DNA from: Azolla caroliniana
Taxonomy: Eukaryota > Plantae > Polypodiophyta
Assembly (NCBI GenBank): GCA_043228905.1
Contig: JBHGNT010000004.1
Location: forward strand, 20,274,001-20,338,000
DNA length: 64,000 nucleotides
Direction: 5' to 3'
Position numbers and translations under genes: made by a program. Positions within the stretch are counted from its first letter, which is position 1. Every line of letters begins with the position of its first letter. Shown piece after piece: positions 49,801 through 62,600 of this stretch. The notes under the pieces were generated by a model. It made no database searches. It was given only the letters and a program-made list of their open reading frames with translations, and had not been told where the DNA came from.

Positions 49801-51465
49801 GGATCTTCCTCCTGCTCATAAAAAAACATCACCATGAATGAAATCTTTCCATTCTATTCTAGCAATAAAATAAATAATAATAATATATAGAAAGTGAATA
49901 TTAATTCATTGATTGATTAATTAATATATTTTGCAGATTACACCTAGCACTATGACTGATATCAAGTTCTCCTATTTTCCTCAAATAGCACTCCTAGGCA
50001 CTTTTACCAAAGGTTCAGCTTCGCTTGACGCAGGCTGACTTGATGCAACATAGAGTGCAGAACCAAAAGTCATGAGCAATATTATCTTTTCTAGCATTGT
50101 CTGGGCATTTCTTCTTTGCGTCTCAACAGATGAACTAAAAAATAGAGCATGCTTCCCTGTAGGATCAATAGAACCCGTGATTTTTTCTTTTGAAATGATT
50201 CTTCATCATGGAAAAGCAGTAACTTTCCTTTTAAATGATACATATAAGTTAGAAAGAAAGAAAGATGGCATTGAATAATATTTCATATCATAGAATATTG
50301 GGAGAATCAAGATTATCCAAATTTGCAGTGTATAGGAGACATGGAAACATGATTAAACAAAGCATCAGAGTTGGTTTTGTTTGTGGATTTCACCTGGAAA
50401 ATGTGTGCATTTAGTTTAAAACTAGTCATAAGACAAATATGGATGCATACATAGCAAGGGTTAAACGAAGCACACAAGTTGATTGTAATTCTTGAAATCA
50501 TATGGCAAACATGAATGTTGATTTCAGGGATTCATAAGATAGATCCTGTACATATATATTTACACACATGAAAAGGGTTAAACAACGCATCTGAGCTGAT
50601 TATGTTACAAAATCTTACATGGAAAATATGTATGTTCTGTTAGTTTACAAATATTCCTTAGAAGATTCGTGGATATGTACATTCGCATGTATGCCATGGG
50701 TTAAACAAAGCATCTGCACTGATTATGTTTGATAATCTCACACAGAAATATGTATGCTTTGTTAGCTTACACGCATTCATTAGAAATATCATGGATATCT
50801 ACATGTCAATATATGTCAAGGGTTAAACAAAGCATCTGTGTTCATTATCTTGCATGGAAAATATGTTTGTAATTCACAATGATTCTTTAGAGAAAGCCTC
50901 ACAAATGCATACACACAACCTATATATATATGCATGTTTATGTGTCTATCTATATACACACATTGTACATATACATGTAGTGCAAAAACTAATCTAAGCA
51001 TCTAAGTTGAATTGGCTTATTGGTTTCAAATGGACAACAAGTGTATGTTCATTGTAAATATGTGTGTACAATGTGGATTATGCAAGAACTAAACAAGACA
51101 TCTTGGTTTAGATTTTGTTGTTCATCTTGCAACGAAAGTATGTATGTTAATGTTAAATTACATACAACATTACATAATGTGTCGTAGGCAAATTACATTT
51201 TGCAGCTTTTCATAATAAGAAAATATTTTTTTCTATGAGCTTATTCGATCTTATTTTCTGCTGTAAAAAGCTACAAAAATCTACTGGAAAAGAAAGACTT
51301 CTAATTTTCTTCTTTTTTTCCTTTCTTAGTTATTAAGAAAATGGAGAAGATACCTATGAGACGGTTCTGCAGGATGTGATGATGAGATGGATGAGGATGA
51401 GGTTTCCATGAAGCAAATCTCTGACGTGAGAAGGAACGATATCGCTTCACAAAGCTCCTTATCAT
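37820..51465 (-). CDS. AAA+ ATPase with a single AAA domain (resembles the Arabidopsis At4g04180 family), 596 aa, probable organellar transit peptide
   Basis: 14 GT-AG exons with consistent phases: 51354-51465, 50008-50156, 49644-49811, 48577-48704, 48334-48478, 40842-41113, 40512-40636, 40376-40419, 39890-40021, 39693-39770, 39163-39245, 38947-39069, 38106-38166, 37820-37990 (1791 nt). Walker A GPPGTGKT, pore loop SKYYGESE, Walker B IIFLDE, SRH AATNRKEDLDPALISRFD, and MSGRDLRD. N-terminus is Arg/Ser-rich. Confidence 0.93.
38583..38991. repeat. 161-bp local duplication of an exon end plus splice donor
   Basis: 38583-38743 matches 38831-38991 (offset 248). Confidence 0.93.
41470..41728. repeat. 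~258-bp direct repeat, left copy
   Basis: TCATTTAATATG.CCCAGCT.CCTAGATACAAG...CTCCTCATTTG.GG, repeated at 45673-45930. Confidence 0.93.
41730..42712 (-). mobile_element. Ty1/copia RT fragment
   Basis: KWVWKVK, LVAQGYSQIEG, QMDVKSAFLNG, LKKALYGLKQ, MYVDD, YRQLVGCL; frameshifted. Confidence 0.92.
42714..44088 (+). mobile_element. LINE family A fragment (ORF2 3' part and UTR, lacking hairpin and tail)
   Basis: Nearly identical by eye to 11338-12716; truncated at both ends. Confidence 0.95.
44089..45614 (-). mobile_element. Second Ty1/copia element, internally deleted: 5' LTR, tRNA-iMet PBS, leader, RT and RNase H start
   Basis: PBS TGGTATCAGA at 45362-45371 (minus), directly after LTR end TCTAACA. 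RT motifs LDVKNAFLHG and AVYVDDIII; RNase H motifs SDWAG, STSGYC, STAEAEYRA. The LTR start at 45614 is tentative. Confidence 0.88.
45673..45930. repeat. ~258-bp direct repeat, right copy
   Basis: Matches 41470-41728. Confidence 0.93.
46500..46800 (-). mobile_element. Copia gag N-terminus fragment, tandemly duplicated (~159-bp unit)
   Basis: MANTIGDLKALYEIKRFDGVSVDFWKVRM matches the copia gag start KFDGxNxxxWKxRM; a second copy lies at ~46663-46800. Confidence 0.7.
47050..47800 (+). mobile_element. Copia gag (UBN2-like) remnant
   Basis: DAYEVREKLKATYG...LMRMLLSMQLDE and KALFLLMT..DSWETLLVS; frameshifted. Confidence 0.65.
48905..49332. mobile_element. hAT-type MITE in AAA-ATPase intron 3
   Basis: Imperfect TIR TAACAATCAGCAATGGTTCGG / CCGAACTGTTGCCAACTGTTA; perfect 8-bp TSD CTCACATC at 48897-48904 and 49333-49340; AACCG/CGGTT arrays. 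Confidence 0.92.
50350..50870. repeat. Degenerate tandem repeat, ~5 x 110-122 bp, in AAA-ATPase intron 1
   Basis: (GG)GTTAAACAAAGCATCTG..TGATT..ACATGGAAAAT recurs at ~50351, 50458, 50575, 50698 and 50820. Confidence 0.75.
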
Positions 51466-54400
51466 GGTTAGAAGCTTAAGAGGATACTCTGTTTCTATTT
51501 CTGTTCCTGCTTCTATCTTTCCCTCGTTCTTTGCTCTGATTCCTGTTATCTCTGCGGACACGTTCCACACGCCCCCTCCCCTCCTCTTCTTCACTGTGCA
51601 GCTATGGAGAAATAGAGGTGTTAAAACTTAATACCCCCCCACTTTCTTCTCTGTTCTCATATAATTAATTATAGAGTCATATGAACTATCATTTCTAGTA
51701 TTTTCTACTATTAAAATTACTGCAAAAATAACATTACTATTACAATTTACTATCATTTTGCACTGATTTTGTGGCATTCATTCATGTGTTTATCGTTTTG
51801 TTCTGATTCATTCATGTGTTCTCGAAATGATTCGAAGAATGACAATAAATCATCCCTCAACCAACGAATTGGGATCATTCGTCTCGAACTCATACACAAT
51901 TTGTTTATATATATATTGCACTATGTAAACCAAGTTAGGAAACACTTCAAAAATACAGACAGTTTTAATATGAACCGAACAACCGGATGTTATTAAGAAA
52001 ACACACACATGATCTGTTTCAAATGTATGTGAAGAGATTGGATTGGTGTTTGTGATTAGTATGATTACCCATGGAACTAATTATGTTCACGTTTCGAGGT
52101 ATCCACTGATCACTGGATGAATCTGTATATACTTCATGGATGGATGTATTGTGCAAGCAATCGTTGATATATGTACGGTAGGGTTAGAGTAGAGTAGTTA
52201 GCTTACATGCTAGTAGCTCGGAGATTGATCGTCACCCACTCCCCCTCGTCTTGCCAACAAATGGGTATATGGTGATACATTCCATTGGACCAACCTGAAG
52301 GTGGTTCCCAAGAAGTAGGTTTCAACGAGAGCATTGAAGCACATGCTACATCTATCCATGTAATAAGGCTTTTTTTTTATATATTCTCTTGCTAATTTCC
52401 CCTTCTTCGTTCCTTCCAACCACTTTCCTTTGTATGTTTCTCCATCACATTGATGTTTTTTACCTTTTTATTTGTTGGTTATGTTCTATTTCTAGAATCA
52501 CTTGAGAACATTGGTTATTGGTACAATTTTTTAACCAGCTATGTGATGCAAATCACACATGGGTTAGAACATCGCATGTATTCTCTTGTTATATGTTTGG
52601 TACTTTTTCCCATCATTTGTGTTAAATGGCACTGCATGGTTTCAATACACAGTGATTGCTTCTATATAGGGTTCACATTGACCACTATGGAAAGATTGAG
52701 AAAAGGGTGTAGAATTGATCATGCTTACACTCCAATGTTTGTCAACGATTACATTGTGATGATTTGTGGAAGCCATATCGACGAAAGGAGTTGCTTCTTG
52801 CATTCTAACAACTGAAACTCCTCTATATGGACTTTATTGAAAAGTTATTGACACAATTGGCGACTCCTTTGTGGAATGTATACAACATGCGAAAACAATG
52901 TCTTCCGCACTACTTTTTTAGCTTCACGTATGCATTATATTGAAGATTGGTGGCTTTACCGCATTTTTTCTCAGCTTTGCTCTTCTGACTTATAGAAAAA
53001 CCACGAAAGTCACTCGAACAAGAGACATTGCACTACATTGATGATATATGGTTCAATTTTCAACAATGGTGTTGAGCATTTGAATGTCCATGTGCTTGAT
53101 GCATGAAGATTCAATTTTGAAGGTGTGGTCATTCTATGATAAATTTTGAAAGAGGATCACAATCAATCACGATATATGTCTGGATGGAGACGGTACATAC
53201 CTTGAAAGGACAGTATGAGGATATTAAAGGTGAGACAGATGTTGCAGTGTTGCAACGTCTCGAATTTATTGTCTATTGGAAGAAGACCCCTTTTCTCACA
53301 ATACAAAATTCAAGACCTAAATGGTGCTTAGCGCCACCAGTATGGTTGTTCCCACCACCAATCACATAACTTGCTTAAGGAGTGGTGGAGTGTTGAGGGA
53401 TGGGACCTAAGGAAGAATGCACCAGATCAATGGTAGCTTGATGGTAGGTCAATTTTTTGTAATGTTGTTCATAACTAATGAAAGGATATTTTTCCGGAAA
53501 AAAAAAATTAAAAAAATAAAAAAATTTGATGTTGGAATGAATGTATCCCATATTCCAAAGAGGCATCCAAAACATAAGGACATTGACAAATACACGACAT
53601 CAATGAACGCCTTGACAAATGCGAGTATTGGTTGGTGTCATGAAACCATGGCATGTGGCAACTAAAATTGCACTTCCACCGCCGTAGAAATTGGCATTGC
53701 ATGGAGATCCGATGTTGGTATTCATGACGGTCCATAGTCAATAGATTCACCAAAATAGAGTTTTGTTTGACAAAGAGCTTTTAGAAAGAACTACTCTTAT
53801 AGTCCATTGAGTTGCAACCAGACAATTATTCACATAAAACCATCCCACTTGAGTCGTGGAAGTTGTAGCCCTTGATCGGTAATTACAAAAAGGGGCGTTT
53901 GTGTGGAAACCAATGCCAATGCAATCATAGTAGTATGAGAATCAATATGAACTCAATCAATCAATGACGACACGGTACACTTTTCAAGTTTTAATGCAAA
54001 ATGCATGTTGATCTAAATGGAATTGACAATAATTCATTGTGGCTATCGACAATGGGTGGGATGGAGGAGACATGAGATGGTCAATGGGGTCATTTCCATT
54101 GAGTGCACGAATGGGACGTAAGATCCAAGCATGCCATCGGGCGTACAGATTGTGTTTCAGGTGCAAGCTGAACAAAAGCACACATAGGCAGGAGAATTGT
54201 GACGGTGATCGATCGATCGATGAAAAAAAATCAATCCCCAACATGTGTAGAGAATGCGAATCGGAGGTTGGTTTTCAGAGTTTCACTTGGAAAGGTGAAG
54301 GCTAAGTAAGTAAGTAAGTAAGTAAGTAAGCAAGCAAGCATGCATGCATGTATCATGTATGTATGTATGTATGTATGTATGTATGTGGAGGTATGATTGA

Positions 54401-54573
54401 TAAATCATGATTCATAATGATATATTTAGTTAGTAGTTAGTAGGGGACTACTACTGGCTTTTGTGTTTTGTGAGGGAAGGCTTTGCTGCAGGCTGCTGCT
54501 ATGTTTAGGGTTCCTCAAAATGGAAGGGTTACTTTTGTAATTTAATGGAATCTCTTCCTCCCTCCCCCTCTTG

Positions 54574-54574
<1 letters not shown>

Positions 54575-54622
<48 letters not shown>

Positions 54623-54737
54623 ACTCTCTCTCTCTCTCTCTTTTCTCTGTGGGTAAGGTTGCTAGGGCAAAGCACACTCTCTCCATCCTCCTCCTCCTGC
54701 CTCTCTAGGGCTCTCTTCACTCCACAACTACCCTCTG

Positions 54738-54811
<74 letters not shown>

Positions 54812-54820
54812 ACACACACA
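54575..54820. repeat. Compound (TC)n/(CA)n microsatellites in the probable 5' UTR and first intron of the plus-strand gene
   Basis: Read directly; candidate donors GGTAAG at ~54652 and ~54737, acceptor TTGCAG at ~55139. Confidence 0.85.
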
Positions 54821-55575
54821 CCCCACGCACACAACTGGGGCATGTGTGATCTTTTGTGACTGATTTATGTAGGAAATTGTGATGCATACAACCCCTAATT
54901 ATGATGCATATAACCCATAATTGTGATTCATACCATTCATCTCCGTCTGCCTCTGATTGCATATGCCTGCTAAAGATCTTGACTTGTTTTTTATTTATTT
55001 TTACATTGATGCTCAAATCCATCCCTTTTACCTGTCGTTGCATATCCATCCAATCGTTATTCTATTCTATCCTGTTTTAATTTGCTGCAAATCTTTGTCT
55101 CCCTCTCTCTCTGTGCGTGTGTGGATGTTATAATCTGTTTTCTTCGTGCTTCTTGCAGGAGTCTGTTCTTCGTCCCCGAATCCGAGTAATTCCTATTGTA
55201 CATATAGAGATTAAACCCTGTTTTTTTTCTGATGTCAAGAATTGCAGAATTCTGGAAAAAACTTCCGAGAGTTCTCGTCCACTCTTCCCTGTGAACCCCG
55301 GACTTGTACCCCTAACTAAATAAGTGGAAGTCTCAGATTGGCCGTGGTATTCGTTATGTGTGGACCCCAGAACTCTATCGAGATTTCAGCATAATTCCAA
55401 AAATCAAAGCCTTGCTTCGGTGTTGTACATATGAGACTTGTGCCAACAATTCTGCATGATTGAACTTGCCCAGCTTTGAACACTAAAATCATACTGACGA
55501 ATTTGGTAGAATCCCAAAATCAGCTGGCAGCCCTTAGTTGTGATTTGAGACCCTGCAGATTTCGTGATCACTACG

Positions 55576-56454
55576 ATGAGTTTTGAATATGGAACATTTC
55601 TCATTCGTTCCAATGAGAGTTATGTTGTTTGCCCAATGCCACAACGCATTTCTTACATCCCTTCTTGTGTCCTCACGAAGCCAAGGGAGGAGGTCTTAAG
55701 GCCATGGCAAAGGTTAGAGGAGTTATACATCATTAATTAGCATCTATAACTGTGTTATATCACTACATTATTCATACTGAATTTATGATTGAGTTGATAA
55801 TTGAATCATAATTGTGTTGGTATTATTTACCTTTATAATTGTGTTAATATTTGCATTCATATTAATCACTCTCGTGAACTGTATCTCTTTTTGCAGCAAT
55901 TCTCAATTTACTGTTGAATCTGGGATAAGCCACGAAATCTTGGATATTTGTGTTACTAAGGTATCCAAAATAGTTCTGTTGTCCAAGGGTTATAATTAGA
56001 TAATTTCTGGAATCAAGGATACTTTCTATATGTCATCATCAATGTTGTGAAGGATAAAAATGGGAACTTCCCATTCAGTTGTTTCTTAATGAATCGATGC
56101 ATCATTTTCTTTCTTTAAGCGTGTGCGCCATGCCAATATTTTGTTTCTTTTTTATGACTTCCATAGAATGCCCGCGGTGATGCTTTGGGTGTTGGTTTCG
56201 GACGTTCACCGCCTTATTTCACGGGATCCCCTCCAAGCAGAGCTGGGAATCCAGTTGTACGAGATGTGAAATTTGGCCACCAGAGCCCACCACCTGCACC
56301 GATTATGGCTGCTCGACCACCGCCCCCACATGTACCAGCAGCAGCTGCCTATAGAGGTGGCCCATGCGTGCGCGTAGAGGGGTTTGATTGTTCTGGTAAC
56401 GGATTGGAGTGTACAGGCCGAGATACACGATGCCAGGTATCGGCATCAGCATAG
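55576..56454 (+). CDS. Plant-specific uncharacterised protein (162 aa; CPxPxR / EILDI / SPPYFxGSPPSRxxNP / VRVEGFDC family)
   Basis: Exons 55576-55712, 55897-55960 and 56167-56454 with GT-AG and matching phases. Protein: MSFEYG...YVVCPMPQR...HEILDICVTK...RSPPYFTGSPPSRAGNPVVRDVKF...CVRVEGFDC...QVSASA*. An in-frame TGA at 55546 supports the start. Confidence 0.85.
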
Positions 56455-56896
56455 CACACACACATTGCTGCGAGATGAAAGGCAGCAGCATTTTTTTTCC
56501 AGCATAACAGGCATCAATTTTTAGCGAGAGTCCCAACAATCTCCATAAGAATAGAACCGAATCCTAGAGTTAATATAGTAGAACCAACGTCTTTTGGTAA
56601 ATTGTGCAGCTTTGATTACCATTGGCTATTATGACTTTGTAGATGTACGTATTTTAGGAGGTGCTAGTATTTTTTCCAATTCCTTTCGATTCCCAAATTT
56701 TCCATTTAACATGGAGGTAAGACTATGACATTATATTGTTATCCTGACATGCTCTTACCTCTCTACCAATAGCATTGAGATACAACTTTAGTCAAGCAGT
56801 GGCCCAATTCATGTTCCACGAATTTCTTGTGTACATAAACCTAAGCATTGTTTCTTTGTTTGAGTAGTCCCTTATTGAACAACTTTTGTCGCCCTT

Positions 56897-57180
56897 TATT
56901 GACCAAATGCCAAATAATATTATTATATAATGGATTTACATTCGATCAATAAATTGGTTGTTATGAGTTTCGTTTCTATCTATGAATCCTCATATTAAAC
57001 AACTGTGTACCTTTTCAACTAAACGCTATTGACAAAATGCCAAATAATTTTACTATATAATGGATTCACATTTGATTGATAAATTGTTTTGTACACAGAC
57101 TATTTTCCATCTGTGAATCCTCTTATTAGCTTGTTAACAAAATGCGGTATAATATTGTTATAAGCTATATAATAGATGTA
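56897..57180. repeat. Degenerate tandem repeat, ~130 bp, 2-3 copies
   Basis: TATTGAC.AAATGCCAAATAAT...TATATAATGGATT.ACATT at 56897 and 57027, with a weaker copy at ~57135. Confidence 0.75.
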
Positions 57181-58020
57181 CATATGAGTCAATCAATTGG
57201 TTCATAATGAGAGCAAACAGCAAGCCAATTTATAGTTTTGTTACATCCTGTCAAATCATACACAAAAGCAAGTTAGCAGCTCAGCTGTTTATTGTGGGGC
57301 AATCAATAAAGATTAATAAAGCTGATGTACAGTCAAAATGTGTTTTCTCTGATTGTTTAGCGCTAGAGACTCTCAGGTAAAGTAGGTTGAAAGTTTCCCT
57401 TTATGGATTTGAAATATATTGTCTTCAAATTGTTTAATGCCTTCACCACATAATTTGGAAGTATGATGCACACATATCAAACTAAACCTTAAAAAAGTTT
57501 CCTTTAATCTTGGTTCCGTTATTTTTGGTATCGGGCTATAACCACTACTAGAGTCTGAAACATCCCATGAGGCGAATCATGATTTTTACAGACCTTGGCG
57601 GCTTCAAGGTATACATATTGAAACAAAGTTTAAAAGCTCACATTTTCCTAAAGATCAATGAATCATGACACAACCATGGAATGCATCGACTACAGTTTAT
57701 TAAATTAGTGGTGATGAGAGCACTTGATATTTGGTATTGGTTGAGGTGTAAAATGAGGCGATGACAATGTCCACCAACTATATTTGGGAGCCCTGAATTG
57801 ATATCATTATTGACATCGAACATCAAGTTAATGTACACCGACTACATTTGGGTGCCCTCAAGTGGATGTCACTGTTATCAACATTCCTCAACTCATTCGG
57901 TAGTGACTCCTCTGAAATACCATTGGTGTATGCACAAATTCATCATATAAAGCAGAAAAGCGAACCTTTATAGAGCTTGTATCATTGTTTTCTGGTGCAA
58001 AATAATGATGAACTTCGTAC

Positions 58021-58645
58021 AAAACTAATACTGCTCAAATACAATCATATCATGTGGATTAATCTCTTCAAACCATTCAATAATTTTAAGTTCACACAAG
58101 AAGAAAAAGCTATTTTAGTTTTCAGTTGAATACCAGACGATATTAATTTGATAATGCTGTTTTCTGATAAAAAATAGTGGTGAATTTTTAAGAAAAACCA
58201 ATACTGCTCAAATACAATCATGTAATGTTGATTAACCTCTTCAAACCCTATGATATTTTGACATTCACATACGAACGAACATGCCATTTCAGCTGAATAC
58301 CGGAAGATATTTATTTGAGAATTCTCCATGATATTGATGCCAACAATACCAATCTTTGTTTATCTCGATAGATCCTCAGGGTATTTTAACAAAGGTATAT
58401 ACTCTTTCTTAAATAGCATGTACCACATAGCTACAGATTTAATAAATAAATACCATTAATATTGATATTTTCAGCTATATAACAGAAGACTGTCACAGGA
58501 TAACGACACCAACAATATAGATATTCATTTATCTTCAATAGATCTGCCCTAGAGATATTCTAACAATGCCCTTTATTCTCTTTCTTCATCATTCCTCACC
58601 ACTGCCTACCACAGATATAAAGAATAAATAAATACCATTAATCCA
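58021..58645. repeat. Two adjacent diverged ~170-bp tandem duplications
   Basis: AATACTGCTCAAATACAATCAT at ~58028 and ~58200; AATAAATAAATACCATTAAT at ~58441 and ~58623. Confidence 0.7.
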
Positions 58646-58955
58646 ATTTGAGTCTATTGATTTTGCTTTAATGAATAACTTTAAATGTATCACAGCTAAA
58701 TTTTATTTTAGAATGTATACAAACTGCGGAATTGCAGCTGTCCTAAAGAATGGAACTTACAAATGCCTACATACAGACTTCTTTTAGCTCTACTATTCAC
58801 AAACAAATGAACGTATACTGTATAAGATATTATATATATACACTAGAAAAAACCTATATACTAAAAGGCTTGACAAATATTGACAAATATCTGTAAGAAT
58901 GATATAAGGACTGTAGTGAGGCTACATTTGGATTTCTTCTTAATATAGAAATAAA

Positions 58956-59550
58956 CTATATCCAGTCAAAACACCAGGGCAAGCACCACAATTTTCTTAG
59001 CGTAACGAGGATGGATTCTAAGAAGCTCAGCGGCTCTGGAGATATAAAAGGTTGGGGTGGTTTTCTCACAAAATGTTTGAAGAATACATTAACTGCTTCT
59101 TCCACACCATCCTCTTGCTCCATTTGTTTAGCAAGTTCAAGTGCTCTCCATTTCACCTGTAATTAAAAAATTTCTACTTCAAAGGTATTTATTATTATTA
59201 TTGGTGAGGTTGGGCACGTGAGAGTTTTCAATGGTTTATAGTTTTCTAATGAAGCTTTTTAACTCAAATAAAAGCAAAATATCAGCAGAAAAACAGTTCA
59301 ATTCTAGATCATACTTCAAAAAAAGAAGGTAACTAAAATAAACAAAAATACAAAAAACTAATTTCTTATGGCTTATGTTATCATAGACCATTCCCCCAAA
59401 AATGAGAAAAACGCTTACTAGAAAACTACCTTCAACAAAAAAGCTAACCCAGACAACCTTACTAAACAAATTGTCTTTCAAACACCATCTAAAATGTGAT
59501 GGTTTTGCTCATTCATACATACATACATACACACACACATACAAACATAT

Positions 59551-59606
<56 letters not shown>

Positions 59607-62600
59607 CTAATATGCATATGTATATACACACCAAACCAAAGTTAATCTTCTTCACAAACTCATACCTTTTCATCAAGCATGAAAATGATGGCATATACGA
59701 GTTTTTCTAATGAAAATTGTTGCACGGGAATAGGTGGTGGCCCAACACCTTTTGCATATACTCTTTCACCCCAAAACGGCTGGTCTCCAAAAAATGGTAC
59801 AATGGTTGTTGGACACTACATGAAAAAGCAATATCAGCATATAATTCTTTATTGTCATTTGTGATTTACTTAGATTTTCCAGCATACCCCAGCTCGTAGA
59901 CCTGCAGCAGTTGTACCAGCACCCCCATGGTGTACCTGTTAAAACAAATAGAGCTTAAATAATGCTTAGAGAAAAACAGTTAGAAAAAGGTTCATCTTCA
60001 CCACTCCTTAAAAATATAGCTTTAGCATTGCCATCAGATTGCTAGAATTCTCTGATTCTCAGTCTTTTAGTATTATAGACTACATTATTTAAGAGACAGT
60101 GAGTTTAACATTTTAACCACATAATAGCAGAAGATGAAGAATAATAAATTTCCAACTGCTTATCATGTACACAGACCGTTCAACTAGAACCTAAGAAGCC
60201 TTCTCATGCATGCTATTATTGCATGTCTATAAAAAATGGACTCCAACTGGCTATCTCTCACTGCTTCAATAAGAGATGAAGCCACCCATAGCATCTGGCA
60301 ATGTACTTTAGATGGACGTCCTTCTATTTACCTGGGAATCCAAATTGAAGTGCACAATTATAAATAAAACTTCTTTTGAGTGAGCTGATGTAAGGATACT
60401 GACATAGCTTGATGAATAATGAATCCTACCATCCCTACTCACAGCTACAGCATCTAATTGTCCTCAAAGCTCCACTCAAATTCAGATTTATATGAGATCT
60501 ATCAGTGATAAAATCTGATGTATGTTTAAATATAGTTCCTGACATCGTAAGGACTTTCTTGGCATATTGAAATCTATAGGAATACTGCATATCGTTTTGA
60601 ACTGTGGCGTGTATAAAAGTGTCATGGTTTTAGCAGTTTCATGTATCTCTCCAAAGATAATGACTTGGGAGATCAAATGATGTAATTTTGATTAGATGCA
60701 ATTCATTATGCTGGACAAACCTATTTTCTTTTCCTTACAAAATGTAAATCCCATTTTTTTTTTTTCTAAACCTGTTATGGAGTATTATATGATAGATTTT
60801 TTATTCCAAGAGTTTAGGAATTAAGATAATGATTAATCTACACAATGATATCATGTTTATCAACAAATAAAAAGGGAATAATTTACGGAAAGTGCTGTAT
60901 TACTTACCACAGCAGCACATTTTGGAAACAACCAATCATGAGGGCAGCTCTCCAAAAGAAATATCGTATCAGGAGTTTCTCTGACTGCAACCAATACTAA
61001 ACGTAATAAAATTTAACAGCAAATACATTTAAAGGAAAAAGAGGTATTCACATACTCACCATCACCAAGCCCACCCCAGCCTTTACAGATAATACCCCTC
61101 TGGTTGGTCTCTTCCAAGGCCTGTACTATAATTTCCGTCATTTTCCCTGGATTCTCAACAGGCTGCCGAGGGCAGAAAAATGATAACGATAATAATTTAA
61201 AAAGTGACAGTGAAATATTGAAAACATATATATTCTAAAACGTAAGGAAATTACCAGACTACCAAACCCCACATAAATGGGCTTTTCACCTGCTTCCAGC
61301 CACTTCAAAAGAGTCTCTGGTGGTTTATAATCCGTAGCCAAATCCAGGAAACAAAATCCAACTACATCCACTTTAGGGCCCCAGTCTGCAGTAAATGCAT
61401 CTATATCTGTATCTGTATCTGTATCTGTCTCTCTCCCTCCCTCTTGCTAGAAATCAAGAGACATAGAGAGAAGTTGGACAACAATGCAACCACAAGACCT
61501 CATCAACAAAGTACCATCACAACTTTCCATAGCTCCAACATTCCTATGGTAGTAGTCAACAAGGTCACTACACAAGTGGGAACTAAACCACAATATACAA
61601 AAAGGGTTACGATAAATTGATTAGGCAATAGAAAATTATCTTACACATAGGCTACACCCATCTAGACCACGGCCCTGGCACCTTTGTTATCCACAAATCC
61701 AGGCCATTATCACTTGAAACCCAACATCTGGTTCCTTGAACCGTTTTACTAATTTAGTTATTTATATTTTGGTTTGCCGTTCTCAAAGATGAGAACATTT
61801 TAAGATGTATTGATCTATCTCATATGCCAATTGGCCTCTTACGAGATGTTAATGTATCATTCTTTGTTCATTCCTAACCAAATTCTTGAGGGTGAACCAG
61901 GGTATCTCAGAAGTCTTACTAAGATATTTATATCTATTTTACTATGTTGTTCTCCAAGATGAGACAACATTTTCATATGAAACATTCTACTTGGTCTACA
62001 TCAATTGGAGACAGATAGGTAGGTCAAAGTATGAACCTCCCAAGCAGAGGGTATGTTAGTTATTCATACAGAGCATATATACTCCATTGCACAATTTACT
62101 ATGAGAACCTATAATGCTCCACTGCCTATAGTGCGGGATTTAGATCATTCACCAGGTTATGGACTTCTATCATCAATGACGTTTGGGGCTATCTTTATTA
62201 AAGATTCGTGAGTTTAGAGCCTTTCCTAGACATCCAGCAGGATCTGAACAAAGGAGGATGTCAAAGTTCTTAGGGAATCAGATGGTCATGCCAAGAAACC
62301 TTGGAGCAAGCCAACCAGCAACTTGTAGGCGGGTACTGCGTGACTGAGAATTTTGCTTCACTCCAAAAGCCAAAATATATGTGGATCATTACGTACAAGA
62401 CGTTGTTTACATCCACAAAGACGTAATATCCTTTCTCACGGTCAAGGACAAACCCCAAGCTTGTTCACTATGGAGGGCATTGATATCATACATCATCCTA
62501 TGGTAACGTTCATCAGCTGATTCCCTCACGTTCAACTTGTAGAGAATACTGTGTGTGAAATAAATCTCAAGGAGGTAGTATTCTATCTCCCAAAGACTTA

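Noticed and set aside
54529-55049. ORFs with THTHTH or VCVCVC runs
   Set aside because: (CA)n and (TC)n translations.
57765-57885. Two similar ~50-nt segments considered as tasiRNA or miRNA elements
   Set aside because: Direct rather than inverted repeats; no match to tasiARF or miR390 sites that I recognise.
62100-62530. Possible L1 ORF1 remnant (LDREKGYYVFVD)
   Set aside because: Similarity too weak to support a feature call.
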